Positions 8,444 through 18,992 are shown, numbered from the stretch's first letter. The stretch is DNA of 64,000 bases from a virus (IMGVR_UViG_3300015608_002795:1-64000); one strand, 5' to 3'. Translations and numbers: made by a program. The notes: generated by a model not told the origin, from the letters alone.

Positions 8444-9642
8444 TTTACTATCATCATAAGAATATTTAATTCCAAAAATATTAAAGAAATATTATTATTA
8501 AAACTCCTATTAATTATATTTTTAACATCTGTCATATTAATTTTTTCACCCAATACCATATTACAATATGCCGCAACTAACTTTTTGGTATTATTTATTC
8601 GTCCTTTACCACAATAGTATAAAATAGGTTCAACAAGTAGTGGATCCTGTTCGATATAATTAATATATTGATTAGGGTTTCCTATTTTGATTTCATGATT
8701 CCATCTTTTATAATTCTTTAATAATATATCTGTGTTTGAAAATATATTTTTAGGTGGTATATCTGATATTATTATCAAGTCATAACAATCATTTAATAAC
8801 TTTATAACTTTATTATAACTTTCACCTAATTCAGATTTGTATGCATCAAATTCTTCTATTTCTAATGGGTGACCAATATGATTTTTTAATTTTCGGAACA
8901 TTTCTATAAAAACTTCCGTTAAGTTATAGTAGTTTATGTTTCTACGTCGGGTTCTTCGACCATTAGTTGCCACTGCTGTTAATGGTGTTTCAGATAATTT
9001 AGATGATGCGATAGATAATATTTTTCTAAATATATCGTCATATTTAATAATATTATTTGATTGAACAAAATCTAATAGATCATATGATGAGGTTTTAGTA
9101 GATAGATTAGAAATGTCAGGCTTTGGGACTACATTTATTACATCAAGATCAACTCCATTTTTTTCTAATAATTCTTTTGTATATGGTATAACTGATTTAT
9201 CAAAAACATCATGTGCATAAGATATCATGTTTTGACTATTTAACGTAAATCCAATTTTAAAATCACTCTCGAACCTATCTTTTGTATAGTCAAATAATAC
9301 AAATTGAGCGCCTTTAGATGTATAATTTTTAAATGTGTATGCACTAGAAACAATACACCATGACGTATCAGATCCAATTAATGATATAGATTCATGTGTA
9401 TATGTTCTAACTATTAATATATTTTCATTTTCGAAAACTAATTTTAAATCATTACTAAGTAATGCCTTAACATCATCTTTTTCAAATGATTTAGTTTTAC
9501 TACTTAGAAATCTTTCTATAGCATCCATTAATTCATACTCATCTTTATACCTCGATATTTTAGTCATAAATGGTTTATAATCAACATCATATAACTTACT
9601 TATTGATTGCTTCCAATCCGATCTCAATTCACTACCCACCAT
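8431..9642 (-). CDS. hypothetical protein (403 aa)
   Basis: long intact minus-strand ORF. Confidence 0.55.
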   Translation of the reverse strand: MVGSELRSDWKQSISKLYDVDYKPFMTKISRYKDEYELMDAIERFLSSKTKSFEKDDVKALLSNDLKLVFENENILIVRTYTHESISLIGSDTSWCIVSSAYTFKNYTSKGAQFVLFDYTKDRFESDFKIGFTLNSQNMISYAHDVFDKSVIPYTKELLEKNGVDLDVINVVPKPDISNLSTKTSSYDLLDFVQSNNIIKYDDIFRKILSIASSKLSETPLTAVATNGRRTRRRNINYYNLTEVFIEMFRKLKNHIGHPLEIEEFDAYKSELGESYNKVIKLLNDCYDLIIISDIPPKNIFSNTDILLKNYKRWNHEIKIGNPNQYINYIEQDPLLVEPILYYCGKGRINNTKKLVAAYCNMVLGEKINMTDVKNIINRSFNNNISLIFLELNILMMIVKCHK

Positions 9643-9988
9643 AAAAGAGGTCTTTTTGTTCTTTTGGAAATTGGTTAAAAATATTTTTAAATTTATACCC
9701 AGTTTGTAATTTAGCTATTTCATCAAGAATTTTTTCATACTTATCAAAATCATCAACATTTATCCTAATGTTTTTTCTTTTTAAGTCTATAACATTATTA
9801 TAAAGTGTGATCAATTCATTATATGGAACATTACTAAATAATAATTCAGTAAATTTTCCCATATACCCCATCGCATTTTCGTCAGTTAGGAATTTTTTTA
9901 ACTTTTCATAATCATCAAGCTTAGATTTTAGTATAGCTCTTGATTTATTTAAATTTTCAAATACAAACTCGTTATATCTTTTAATCAT
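9632..9988 (-). CDS. hypothetical protein (118 aa)
   Basis: overlaps the start of the 403-aa ORF by 11 nt (coupled). Confidence 0.5.
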   Translation of the reverse strand: MIKRYNEFVFENLNKSRAILKSKLDDYEKLKKFLTDENAMGYMGKFTELLFSNVPYNELITLYNNVIDLKRKNIRINVDDFDKYEKILDEIAKLQTGYKFKNIFNQFPKEQKDLFYGG

Positions 9989-10025
9989 TTTTAAAAATTA
10001 ATTTCATAATTATATATTAAAAAAA

Positions 10026-10056
10026 TTTGGTGGTAAAAAAATACATCGTATCTTTG
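10026..10056 (+). promoter_or_regulatory. Bacteroidetes-type promoter (TTTGGTGG..CGTATCTTTGTG)
   Basis: same motif and spacing as at 5315; sits 40 nt upstream of the SPFH gene. Confidence 0.55.
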
Positions 10057-10095
10057 TGTTTCATTTATTAAAATTTTTAAACAAAACAAAAAAGT

Positions 10096-11988
10096 ATGGA
10101 CTATTTAAGTTATTTAACGTCGCCGTGGGCAATCGGCATCGCTTCTGTTCTCTTTGTGCTATTTACATGGAAATGGATTCTAAGAGTATTATGTGGTATG
10201 GTGTTGATCCCCGAAGACAAAATTGGTCTTGTGACCAAAAAGTTCGTTCTATTTGGAGCAAATAAATCGCTTCCTGATGGACGAATTATCGCATTAAATG
10301 GAGAGGCTGGATACCAAGCAGACCCTCTCGCACCTGGACTTTATTTCGGGTATTGGATTTGGCAATATGATATTACTCTACAGGGATTTACAAAAATTCC
10401 TCAAGGTCAAATCGGACTTGTAATCGCAAAAGATGGTAATGAGTTACCAGCAGGTAGTATCCTCGCAAACGCAGTATCATGTGACAACTTCCAAGATGCT
10501 CGAAAATTCTTAACATCAGGTGGTAAAAAAGGTAAACAAGTTAGTTACATCAACACAGGTGTTTATCGTATTAACACATTGTTGTTTGATGTTATACCAG
10601 CTGAGATTCAAACTATTGAAGATGGTCAAGTAGGTGTAATAACTACACTCGATGGTGTTCCTCTTCAACAAGGCCAAATCGCGGGTAAAGATGTTCCAGG
10701 TCATAACAACTTCCAAGATTTTGATGTCTTTTTAAGTGGTGGTGGACAAAGAGGTCTACAAACTCAAGTAGTTCTTGCGGGTTCTTACGCTATCAACCCA
10801 TGGGCAGTTACAATTGAAAAAGTGCCAATGACTGAAGTTGGTATTGGTAATGTTGGTATCGTTATCTCCTATGTAGGTGATGAAGGTGTTGACACATCTG
10901 GTCAAGAATTCAAACACGGTAACATCGTAGGCAAGGGCCAAAAAGGTGTTTGGAAAGATCCTTTAGATCCGGGTAAATATCCTATCAACCCATATACACA
11001 CAAAATTCAAGTTGTACCAACAACTAACCTTGTGTTGAACTGGGCGGACGCAAGAACCGAGTCTCACAACTTAGATAAAAATCTAAGCACAATTACCGTT
11101 CGTTCTAAAGACGGTTTCCAATTTAACTTGGATGTATCTCAAATCATTCATATTCCTTCAACAGAAGCTCCTAAAGTAATTGCTCGTTTCGGTAGCATTC
11201 AAAACCTTGTATCTCAAGTTCTTGAACCTACTATTGGTAACTACTTCCGTAACTCAGCTCAAGATTCTGATGTTATTGCCTTCTTAAGTTCTCGTAAAGA
11301 ACGTCAAGATGCAGCAAAAGGACGTATCTCTGAAGTATTAAAAGAGTATAATGTATCTGCAGTGGATACTCTTATCGGTGACATCACACCTCCTGGTGAT
11401 TTGATGAAAACCCTTACTGATCGTAAAATTGCATCAGAGGAAGAAAAGACTTATGAAACTCAGATGAACGCTCAAAAAGTTAAGCAAACTCTTGAAAAAG
11501 AAACTGCGTTAGCTAATAAGCAAAAGGAAATCGTAGATGCTCAGCAATCAGTTCAAATCGCTGAACGTAGAGCTGAAGCTTTTGTTAAAGAAGCAGAAGG
11601 TAAAGCGAAATCAGTTAAACTTAACGCAGGTGCTGAAGCCGAAGCTACTAAACTACGTGCTGAAGCAAAAGCTTACGAAACTGAACAAGTGGGTAAGGCT
11701 GAAGCAACTAAGATTGAAAGCATTGGTAACGCAACTGCTGAAGCTTATAGAAAACAAGTTGAAGCTATGGGTAGTGATAACTTCTCCAAATTCAAAATCA
11801 CTGAAGAAATCGGAAAGAATGGTATCAAAATCATTCCTGAAGTTCTTATCACTGGTGGTGAAAATGGTGGTCCTATCTCTGGATTACTTGGATTGGAACT
11901 CCTTAAAAAGATTCAATCAGACAGTTCTACTGAAATGAAAACTGAATCGAAAGATGAAGTTAAAACAGTAGTATCAGATAAGAAATAA
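10096..11988 (+). CDS. SPFH/band-7 (flotillin-like) membrane protein
   Basis: N-terminal TM helix; SPFH-like core; C-terminal alanine/glutamate-rich coiled coil 'AEAKAYETEQVGKAEATKIES..' typical of flotillins. Confidence 0.75.
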   Translation: MDYLSYLTSPWAIGIASVLFVLFTWKWILRVLCGMVLIPEDKIGLVTKKFVLFGANKSLPDGRIIALNGEAGYQADPLAPGLYFGYWIWQYDITLQGFTKIPQGQIGLVIAKDGNELPAGSILANAVSCDNFQDARKFLTSGGKKGKQVSYINTGVYRINTLLFDVIPAEIQTIEDGQVGVITTLDGVPLQQGQIAGKDVPGHNNFQDFDVFLSGGGQRGLQTQVVLAGSYAINPWAVTIEKVPMTEVGIGNVGIVISYVGDEGVDTSGQEFKHGNIVGKGQKGVWKDPLDPGKYPINPYTHKIQVVPTTNLVLNWADARTESHNLDKNLSTITVRSKDGFQFNLDVSQIIHIPSTEAPKVIARFGSIQNLVSQVLEPTIGNYFRNSAQDSDVIAFLSSRKERQDAAKGRISEVLKEYNVSAVDTLIGDITPPGDLMKTLTDRKIASEEEKTYETQMNAQKVKQTLEKETALANKQKEIVDAQQSVQIAERRAEAFVKEAEGKAKSVKLNAGAEAEATKLRAEAKAYETEQVGKAEATKIESIGNATAEAYRKQVEAMGSDNFSKFKITEEIGKNGIKIIPEVLITGGENGGPISGLLGLELLKKIQSDSSTEMKTESKDEVKTVVSDKK

Positions 11989-12010
11989 TCCTTGTCCGTC
12001 TAAAATAGAA

Positions 12011-12042
12011 GGTTGGTTCAGAAATGAGCCAACTTTTTTTAT
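12011..12042 (+). terminator. intrinsic terminator
   Basis: GGTTGGTTCA-GAAA-TGAGCCAAC hairpin followed by TTTTTTTAT after the SPFH stop. Confidence 0.55.
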
Positions 12043-12062
12043 ATATAGACTATAAAATAAAA

Positions 12063-12093
12063 TTTGTCAACTTAATAAAAAGTTGTATATTTG
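12063..12093 (+). promoter_or_regulatory. Bacteroidetes-type promoter (TTTG..TATATTTG)
   Basis: 'TTTGTCAACTTAATAAAAAGTTGTATATTTGTAG'; followed by a 10-codon mini-ORF and a hairpin terminator at 12184-12209. Confidence 0.45.
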
Positions 12094-12209
12094 TAGTATG
12101 AAAAAAGAACAATTAACATTTTTGAAGTAAAGTCATAGACCTTATTGATATCGTCAGCGGAATTAGACTGCTGTATATCATTTAACCCAGTCTTTGACTG
12201 GGTTTTTTA

Positions 12210-12470
12210 TTGCTAAAAATTAATAAGATTAAAATGAAAATAAGTAAAGGAGATAAGGTCAAAATGAGTGAAAAGTTAAAATCAATTTTGACATCAAATG
12301 GGTGTGAAGATCACGCAATTGAATTTGGAAATTGTATAGGCATCGTTGAGGAAAGGGTATTCCCAGATATTGATGAGGCACCAGAAGTTAATGTTAGGTG
12401 GTTACCATCAGGTCTTAGATATGCCTACTTTCCTAATGAATTAAAAAAAGTTAAAGGTTATGAAAGTTAA
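12210..12470 (+). CDS. hypothetical protein (86 aa)
   Basis: intact ORF. Confidence 0.4.
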   Translation: MLKINKIKMKISKGDKVKMSEKLKSILTSNGCEDHAIEFGNCIGIVEERVFPDIDEAPEVNVRWLPSGLRYAYFPNELKKVKGYES

Positions 12471-12666
12471 AGATACAAATTGGATGAATGATAAAATCCA
12501 AGATATAAAAAAGAGAAAAAGAAAGCTCGAATTACTTCAAGATCCTGAAATGAAAAAAAGAATAAAAAAGGACTTGAAACGTGAATATCGTTCTGTAAAA
12601 AGGGGAGAACGCAATCAAAATAATATATATATGAAAAAAGAAATTGATGAATTCTATAGAAAATAA
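12460..12666 (+). CDS. hypothetical basic protein (68 aa)
   Basis: Lys/Arg-rich ORF. Confidence 0.3.
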   Translation: MKVKDTNWMNDKIQDIKKRKRKLELLQDPEMKKRIKKDLKREYRSVKRGERNQNNIYMKKEIDEFYRK

Positions 12667-13366
12667 CTTTTATGTATATGTACATATAAACAAAAATACT
12701 GATTTGCCATTTTATGTAGGATTTGGCCGAAAAAATAGAATACTTGATAAAGGAAGAAGGAGTGCTGAATGGAACGATATTGTTAGTCAATATGGATATT
12801 ATTTTGGTACACTTAAACACAATATGACGAGAGAAGAAGCCAATTTATTTGAAAAGAAATGTATAAAATTTTTTATTGAAATTGGATTCAATCTTGTTAA
12901 TAAAATCAATGGTGGGAGTGGAAATTCTAAAAGAAAGCCATATAGTGAAGAATATAAAAAAATATTATCAGAAAGAGGGAAAAAATATTGGAAATCTTTA
13001 TCCAAAGAAGAAATTGATAAATTTTCACAAAAAATGTCATCTATATTAAAAGGTAAAAAGAAGCCAAAGAGAACAAAAGAGCATTGTAAAAATCTATCAA
13101 TATCACATAAAGGACAAAAAGCATGGAACAAAGGGTTGATACTAAATTATTCAGATGATATAAAATCAAGAATGTCTGATCATTCTAAAAAGAAAGTTAT
13201 AATATTCGACTTAAATGATAATAAAATTGGTGAATTTGATTCAATATCAAATGCAGCAAAAAAAATTGGACTGACCCCCAATAAGGTTAGTAAAATTCTA
13301 ACAGGAAGAATCAAAAAGAGTGAATATAAAATTTTTTATTTAAATGAATTTGGTGAACAAAAATGA
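12644..13366 (+). CDS. GIY-YIG homing endonuclease with NUMOD3 repeats
   Basis: 'NFYVYVHINKNTDLPFYVGFGRKNR..GRRSAEWNDIV' and 'KNLSISHKGQKAWNKG'. Confidence 0.8.
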   Translation: MMNSIENNFYVYVHINKNTDLPFYVGFGRKNRILDKGRRSAEWNDIVSQYGYYFGTLKHNMTREEANLFEKKCIKFFIEIGFNLVNKINGGSGNSKRKPYSEEYKKILSERGKKYWKSLSKEEIDKFSQKMSSILKGKKKPKRTKEHCKNLSISHKGQKAWNKGLILNYSDDIKSRMSDHSKKKVIIFDLNDNKIGEFDSISNAAKKIGLTPNKVSKILTGRIKKSEYKIFYLNEFGEQK

Positions 13367-13614
13367 ATAAAAAAGTAAAAATAGTAAGAGGTAAGTCTCC
13401 TTATATAGCAGATGCTAAAAGCGTTTTAAGTGTTAGGTCTACTTATGATTCTGTGGATTTAAAATTTACCTTTAATTGTGAAAATAGAAAATTATCCATT
13501 ATAGATGAATATAGAAGAAGTCAAGATTATCTATATGGTAAAGAATATCGTGTAGAATACATGGTAGATTTACAATTAGTTAGAGAAGAACAAATTAAAA
13601 AATTATTAAAATGA
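13363..13614 (+). CDS. hypothetical protein (83 aa)
   Basis: coupled ORF. Confidence 0.4.
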   Translation: MNKKVKIVRGKSPYIADAKSVLSVRSTYDSVDLKFTFNCENRKLSIIDEYRRSQDYLYGKEYRVEYMVDLQLVREEQIKKLLK

Positions 13615-14270
13615 AAAGCTATCCTAAAATAGAACATTATAACAAAGGTCCATTTGGCCTGAACTGCTATGCCTTCTATAAGTACGATGGATCTAATTTC
13701 CGAGCAGAATGGAGTAGGAAAAGGGGTTGGTATAAATATGGAACAAGAAATGTAATGGTTGATAAAAACACCCCTATGTTTGGAGATGCAATTGATATAT
13801 TTCTTAATAAATATGGAGAAGATTTAGATGATGTTTTTAGAAAAGAGTACAAAAGGGTTGATAGCTTTGTTGTATTTGGTGAATTTTTTGGTGAACATTC
13901 ATTCGCCGGAAAACATGTAGATGAAGATAAAAAAGATATCATTCTTTTTGATGTAAATCAATTCAAAAGAGGTTTTTTACCTCCTACTGAATTCATTGAT
14001 AATTTTGGGCATTTAGATATACCAAAAATCGTATATAAAGGCATTTACGACGAAGAATTAGTTGATAGAGTTAAATCTAATCAACTTAGTTTAGAAGAAG
14101 GAGTTATCTGCAAAGGCACCATTAAAACAAAATCAGAAGGTGAAGTTGTATGGATGACAAAAATTAAAACAATAGAATGGGTCAATAAAGTTAAATTATT
14201 ATATGGTGAAAAAGCTTTATTGGAAGAATTTAATAACGATTCTAAAATACTGAATGAATATGAATACTAA
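13611..14270 (+). CDS. nucleotidyltransferase (ligase)-like protein, KxDG motif 'KYDGSN'
   Basis: covalent-NMP-ligase motif I near the N-terminus; paired with the downstream ligase-like ORF. Confidence 0.55.
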   Translation: MKSYPKIEHYNKGPFGLNCYAFYKYDGSNFRAEWSRKRGWYKYGTRNVMVDKNTPMFGDAIDIFLNKYGEDLDDVFRKEYKRVDSFVVFGEFFGEHSFAGKHVDEDKKDIILFDVNQFKRGFLPPTEFIDNFGHLDIPKIVYKGIYDEELVDRVKSNQLSLEEGVICKGTIKTKSEGEVVWMTKIKTIEWVNKVKLLYGEKALLEEFNNDSKILNEYEY

Positions 14271-14973
14271 GAAAAGAATATTTAATTTAAGAGGAATAGC
14301 ACCAGACTATCCGAGAATACCTCATTTGGATAAAAATATATCTAAAATGACACATGATGATATTCTCTCTGATAATGCTATTGTCTATCCGATCGAAGGA
14401 TATGTTCAAGAAAAAATAGACGGAGCAAATTTAGGAGTGTCTTGGTATAAAAATGGTCCTATTGTTAGAAATAGAAGTAACATTTTAAAGAAAGGTTATT
14501 CGAAAATTCATACACCATCCAAAGAGCAATTTAAATCTACCTGGAATTGGGTACATGACAATAGAAAAGACATTCAACTTATTTCAGAAATAGTAATGTC
14601 TGAAATAACAATCTATGGAGAATGGATGGTTGCACAGCACTCAATTGCATATAACGGGTTGCCTGATTGGTTTATCGCATATGATATTTGGGTTGTTGAG
14701 GATAATAAGTTTTTATCTCCGGCTAAAGTAGATGAATTATTATCCAAAACTGATATATCTTATATCAAACCATACAAAGCAACTTTAAATAGTGTTTCTG
14801 ATGTTATTAGATGGGCTGAAATGAGGTCTGACTATACAAATGGCGTCAGAGAAGGTATAGTAATTAAGACCGTAGAAGGTGATTTTGTAAAAGATACTTA
14901 CAAAGTGGTAAATAAACACTTTGATAGAAGAGAGAATTTTAATGATAAATTAATTAAAAATAAATTAAAATAA
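14254..14973 (+). CDS. RNA ligase-like protein, motif I 'KIDGANLGV'
   Basis: KxDGxN lysine-adenylylation motif; size and context fit phage Rnl-type enzymes. Confidence 0.6.
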   Translation: MNMNTKKRIFNLRGIAPDYPRIPHLDKNISKMTHDDILSDNAIVYPIEGYVQEKIDGANLGVSWYKNGPIVRNRSNILKKGYSKIHTPSKEQFKSTWNWVHDNRKDIQLISEIVMSEITIYGEWMVAQHSIAYNGLPDWFIAYDIWVVEDNKFLSPAKVDELLSKTDISYIKPYKATLNSVSDVIRWAEMRSDYTNGVREGIVIKTVEGDFVKDTYKVVNKHFDRRENFNDKLIKNKLK

Positions 14974-15056
14974 AAAGAGTCAATAAAACTCGTATATTTG
15001 TAATATAGTGTCCGATATCTACAAGTGAAGAATTAGAATTATAAATTAATTAAAAA

Positions 15057-15419
15057 ATGATAAAGAACTTACAAGGAAAAGAATTAGAACAATTTAAAGA
15101 TAACTTTAAAATTATAAGTTATTGGGCACCAACCATATTCACATCACCAATAGACAATCAAAAATATGCCATTGCAATAGGATCCCCTTGGATTCCTATT
15201 CCACATGCAATGACTCTACAAGAGGTAAGTGAAAGGTGGATTAAAAAAGAACTTAAGAAACCAGAAATCATTCAAAGAGTTCCTTCTAAAAGAGGAAAAG
15301 GAAAATACACGGTGACCTTTGATAAATCTTGGAAGTGTACTTGTTCTGGATATAAATTCAAAAGAAATTGTAGTCATATTGATGATGTAAAATCAAAACT
15401 AAAACTCAAATTGAAATAA
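15057..15419 (+). CDS. SWIM zinc-finger protein
   Basis: 'WKCTCSGYKFKRNCSHIDDV' CxC..CxH SWIM signature. Confidence 0.5.
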   Translation: MIKNLQGKELEQFKDNFKIISYWAPTIFTSPIDNQKYAIAIGSPWIPIPHAMTLQEVSERWIKKELKKPEIIQRVPSKRGKGKYTVTFDKSWKCTCSGYKFKRNCSHIDDVKSKLKLKLK

Positions 15420-15420
15420 A

Positions 15421-15909
15421 ATGCATTGTGTAAATTTAATACTAATTAGAAAAGCCGAATTAAGGAATTCGAAAATTTCATCTATAATTGATGGTGGTGA
15501 TTTTCCAAAATCAGATATTCCATATATAATTTTACCACAAGATATTATAGCATTTCCAACTCTGGAAAAAGCAGACGTGTGTAAAAATTTTGGTGGTGGA
15601 GTCACCTTCATAGCAATTAATACTGACTATTTTGGCTTATCCAACAGGTATGGACCTGGCGATCAGTCTGCTAGTTTAAATGAAACCATTATCTATGGTG
15701 ATAATTTTCATTATAAGACAATTAAAGTAAATCACGAGTTTAATGCTATTGATAAAATTTTATCAGAATATGGTGTTATTCGGGAAAATGGACAAGATGA
15801 ATTTGATTCGATACATTTAGGTAGGTATAGAAGTAATGAAGAATATATTAAAAAATATAAAAAAATAAAACTCATTAATCAAATCCTTGTTACAACTCCA
15901 AAGTTCTAA
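15421..15909 (+). CDS. hypothetical protein (162 aa)
   Basis: intact ORF. Confidence 0.45.
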   Translation: MHCVNLILIRKAELRNSKISSIIDGGDFPKSDIPYIILPQDIIAFPTLEKADVCKNFGGGVTFIAINTDYFGLSNRYGPGDQSASLNETIIYGDNFHYKTIKVNHEFNAIDKILSEYGVIRENGQDEFDSIHLGRYRSNEEYIKKYKKIKLINQILVTTPKF

Positions 15910-16376
15910 CCAATGTGAATAGTAATATCTTGTGGTGCTGGTTTATTTCCACCAAAAAATGGTCTAAGTAAATATTGAAAAAGCTTTTTATTGGAATGGT
16001 CAATTGAAACTGTAATATTATTTACGGTGAATTGATAATTACTATCGCCAATCTCTATAGTATAATTATAGATTTCATTAATATTGACAGATGTTATAAA
16101 CTCCACAGTACGAATAGACTTTACATAACAATAGGCATATACATCTACTCGATCTTTTTGATTATTGTATACCCATCCAAATCTAATACTATCAGCCCAT
16201 ATATGGGGTAACCATCCAATTCCTACTAATTTATTTATATCATAATTATCATCGTCTTTAAAATCATATTTACAGGAATCATCAAATTTAATAGGCCATG
16301 TAAATAATCTTTTACCAAACCAAAGTTTGATTTTTAGCTGTGAGTAGTGATTTCCCTTTTTAATTTTAAATATCAT
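15906..16376 (-). CDS. hypothetical protein (156 aa)
   Basis: minus-strand block. Confidence 0.5.
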   Translation of the reverse strand: MIFKIKKGNHYSQLKIKLWFGKRLFTWPIKFDDSCKYDFKDDDNYDINKLVGIGWLPHIWADSIRFGWVYNNQKDRVDVYAYCYVKSIRTVEFITSVNINEIYNYTIEIGDSNYQFTVNNITVSIDHSNKKLFQYLLRPFFGGNKPAPQDITIHIG

Positions 16377-16378
16377 AA

Positions 16379-16999
16379 CTATTTTAAATATTGTCTTATA
16401 TTATATCCAAGTCTCTCTTCGAGAGAGCCAATTGTTTCGTCAGTTACAGTAGCTTCTGATTCACTATTCTCAAACCAAAGACAATATATAATTACTTTTT
16501 TTGATAGTGAATAGACCACTTTCCAACAATGCTCTGGAACATATACTCCATTTCCTATTGTTTTATTATATTGATTTCCACCACCAATTATTAACAGTGA
16601 ATCATTTTGTGATACTTTTCTTATAATAAATTCGTACATTTTCCAGACTCCCCGATTTAAATTTTGTGTTTGTGGTATTACATTATAAAATCTAAAAGTA
16701 GATTCTGCTGATTCACAATCAAGTGCAAAATCTTCAAAATTAGCAATGTGTCCTTGATCATACCCTGACTTATAATAGTCATCTGAGGTTGCTGATGATT
16801 TAAGACCCCCTGTTTTAAAAGACATGCCTTTTCTACTACAAGGGCCGCCTCCTTTATAAAGTTTATAAGACACATATATAGGTTGTTTCAGTTCATAATT
16901 GTAATAAGATTTGTAAATACCAGCGTTTATGACTGTATCGATTTTTTGTGCGTAACAAAAAGCAGGAATTAATAGGAATAAAAATATAATATATTTCAT
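16379..16999 (-). CDS. secreted DNA/RNA non-specific endonuclease (signal peptide, 'GYDQGHI' motif)
   Basis: N-terminus 'MKYIIFLFLLIPAFCYAQ' is signal-peptide-like; 'SGYDQGHIANFEDF' matches the Serratia-nuclease DRGH active-site motif. Confidence 0.65.
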   Translation of the reverse strand: MKYIIFLFLLIPAFCYAQKIDTVINAGIYKSYYNYELKQPIYVSYKLYKGGGPCSRKGMSFKTGGLKSSATSDDYYKSGYDQGHIANFEDFALDCESAESTFRFYNVIPQTQNLNRGVWKMYEFIIRKVSQNDSLLIIGGGNQYNKTIGNGVYVPEHCWKVVYSLSKKVIIYCLWFENSESEATVTDETIGSLEERLGYNIRQYLK

Positions 17000-17003
17000 T
17001 AAC

Positions 17004-17363
17004 TTAGTTTATTTTCATGTCTGTAACTATTTGTATTTTAATTCCTAATTTACTACCCTCGATTTCCATATCGGACCATTTTGTTTCGGAGTAATTAATA
17101 TTTTGGTTATCAAATGATACCGGTTGAGGACCATTCATTCGACGATACCTTTCTTCTTGTATTCTTCTTTGTTCTGTTTCTTGATTTCTAATCATATCTT
17201 CAAAAGATTGTGGATTTTGATAAGGGTTTGGGGTAGGTGAAGGAGTATGGTTTTGTTTGTACCCATATTTTGCTAATAGATAATCCGCCTCTGATTGATC
17301 AATATCAGGATTTGCGGAAGTAACTTGTTGATTGTCTATTATTCTAACTTCTGGTCTTTGCAT
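17004..17363 (-). CDS. hypothetical protein (119 aa), Pro/Gln-rich
   Basis: intact ORF. Confidence 0.45.
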   Translation of the reverse strand: MQRPEVRIIDNQQVTSANPDIDQSEADYLLAKYGYKQNHTPSPTPNPYQNPQSFEDMIRNQETEQRRIQEERYRRMNGPQPVSFDNQNINYSETKWSDMEIEGSKLGIKIQIVTDMKIN

Positions 17364-17365
17364 AT

Positions 17366-17698
17366 TTAATTTTTACATTTTTTAATAATACTAGAAACGG
17401 CAGATTTTATCTTGCCTAATTCTGTATATTTAAATTCATCTACAAATTTTTCACCTTTTGCTTTTACACCAACATAATCATTACGAAACATAACTTGAGC
17501 AACTACATCACCACGAAATAAAATTTCTAAATCGTTGCCAACTTCCTTGGTTTCTAATCTTTGTGATTTAACATGATTTTTAATTTGAATTTTAAAATCA
17601 ACCTTTTTATCAGCATCCCATACTTTCTTAGGATATAATTTTTTGGTGTCTTTGAAGGTCTTTCCTTCAAAAAGTTTAAAATTTATAATGTGTTTCAT
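17366..17698 (-). CDS. hypothetical protein (110 aa)
   Basis: intact ORF. Confidence 0.45.
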   Translation of the reverse strand: MKHIINFKLFEGKTFKDTKKLYPKKVWDADKKVDFKIQIKNHVKSQRLETKEVGNDLEILFRGDVVAQVMFRNDYVGVKAKGEKFVDEFKYTELGKIKSAVSSIIKKCKN

Positions 17699-17777
17699 AA
17701 TCTACTTTTATATTTTAAGTATATATTAAAATAATTTTTATTTATATATGGGAGTGAAACGGAATAATATATAATAT

Positions 17778-18497
17778 ATGAACAATAAAAGAAAATTGAA
17801 TAAGATTTTAATCTTTGCAAAAAAATTGCGTGGAATAAATATATTGGGTGGATCCTGTAAAAGATGTGGCGAGACAAACATACATAAATTATGCTTTCAT
17901 CATATAAACCCAGAAGAAAAGGAAGACACATTTAATAATTTAAAATATAATAGATGGACAATTATTAAAAATGAAATTGATAAGTGTGAGGTGTTGTGCC
18001 ATAACTGTCATACTGAACTGCACTATCTTGATAAATCAGCGAGGTATTCAAAAAAAGAAAAAAATAAACATATCTATCTGGAATATAAAGGTATAGATAA
18101 ATGTGAAATTTGTGGATATAAATCTTGTATAGATTCTCTACAATTTCATCATCTGTTAAATAAAAAAATAGAATTTAGAAACATCCAAACCACTTTTAAT
18201 TCAATTATAGATTTGACAAATAATATAAGGGAAGAATTAGATGTTTGTAAGGTTATTTGTAATAATTGCCATGTAGAACTACACACAGACACTATTTTTT
18301 TTAACAACAATCTTAGAATAATTATTGATAAGTCAATCAATATGAGAGAAAATTCAAAAAGCATAGATGAAGATAAAGTTAAAGAAATGATGAATAATAA
18401 TTTAAGTATAAAAGAAATGATGAGTATTTTAAGTTGTAAAAAAAGTGCAATTTATGATTGTGTCAAAAAAATAAGAAAAGATAAAACAAAGGAATAA
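17778..18497 (+). CDS. HNH endonuclease with duplicated HNH Zn-finger modules
   Basis: 'CKRCGETNIHKLCFHHINP..CHNCHTELH' and 'CEICGYKSC..HHLLNK..CNNCHVELH'. Confidence 0.75.
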   Translation: MNNKRKLNKILIFAKKLRGINILGGSCKRCGETNIHKLCFHHINPEEKEDTFNNLKYNRWTIIKNEIDKCEVLCHNCHTELHYLDKSARYSKKEKNKHIYLEYKGIDKCEICGYKSCIDSLQFHHLLNKKIEFRNIQTTFNSIIDLTNNIREELDVCKVICNNCHVELHTDTIFFNNNLRIIIDKSINMRENSKSIDEDKVKEMMNNNLSIKEMMSILSCKKSAIYDCVKKIRKDKTKE

Positions 18498-18521
18498 TTT
18501 TTTTATATATACATTTACATT

Positions 18522-18594
<73 letters not shown>

Positions 18595-18606
18595 CAAAAA
18601 ATTAAA

Positions 18607-18638
18607 TTTGGTGAACAAAAAGATACTTCGTATCTTTG
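18607..18638 (+). promoter_or_regulatory. Bacteroidetes-type promoter (TTTGGTG..CGTATCTTTGTA)
   Basis: drives a 30-codon mini-ORF (18657-18749) and the downstream tRNA cluster; hairpin terminator at 18771-18804. Confidence 0.5.
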
Positions 18639-18813
18639 TATTCAAATATTAAAGAAATGAACAAGAATTTAGAAATATCAGTTACTATCTCTTATGAGGG
18701 ATATTATTATGAGGAGGAAACTCGCTCAGTAGGACTGGCATTTCTATAATGAAGATAGAAGATGTTTTAAAAAGCCGGTTCCTACAAAGAATCGGCTTTT
18801 TTTATGCGAATTT

Positions 18814-18896
18814 GGGTAGGTATGCAAGTGGTTAAAGCAAACGGTCTGTAAAACCGTCCTCTTCGGAGTTCGTGGGTTCAACTCCCACCTTACCCA
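18814..18896 (+). tRNA. tRNA-Tyr (GUA), class II
   Basis: acceptor GGGTAGG/CTTACCC; anticodon stem ACGGT/ACCGT with loop CTGTAAA; long variable arm; T-arm GTGGG-TTCAACT-CCCAC. Confidence 0.65.
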
Positions 18897-18902
18897 CACT
18901 TG

Positions 18903-18980
18903 GGAGTATAACGCCAGCGGCACGTAAGCCGCCCCTAATCAAACAGGCGTACGGACGGTAAGTATGGTTCAAATCCTGCT
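18903..18980 (+). tRNA. tRNA-like element, non-canonical fold (acceptor GGGAGTA/TACTCCC, internal GCGGC/GCCGC hairpin, T-loop-like GGTTCAAATCC)
   Basis: terminal stems and a T-loop motif present but no cloverleaf fits; possible pseudo-tRNA. Confidence 0.25.
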
Positions 18981-18992
18981 ACTCCCACAAAT

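Noticed and set aside
10056-10265. Alternative upstream start for the SPFH gene region
   Set aside because: It is in a different frame from the 630-aa SPFH ORF and overlaps its TM-encoding start. The 10096 ATG is preferred.
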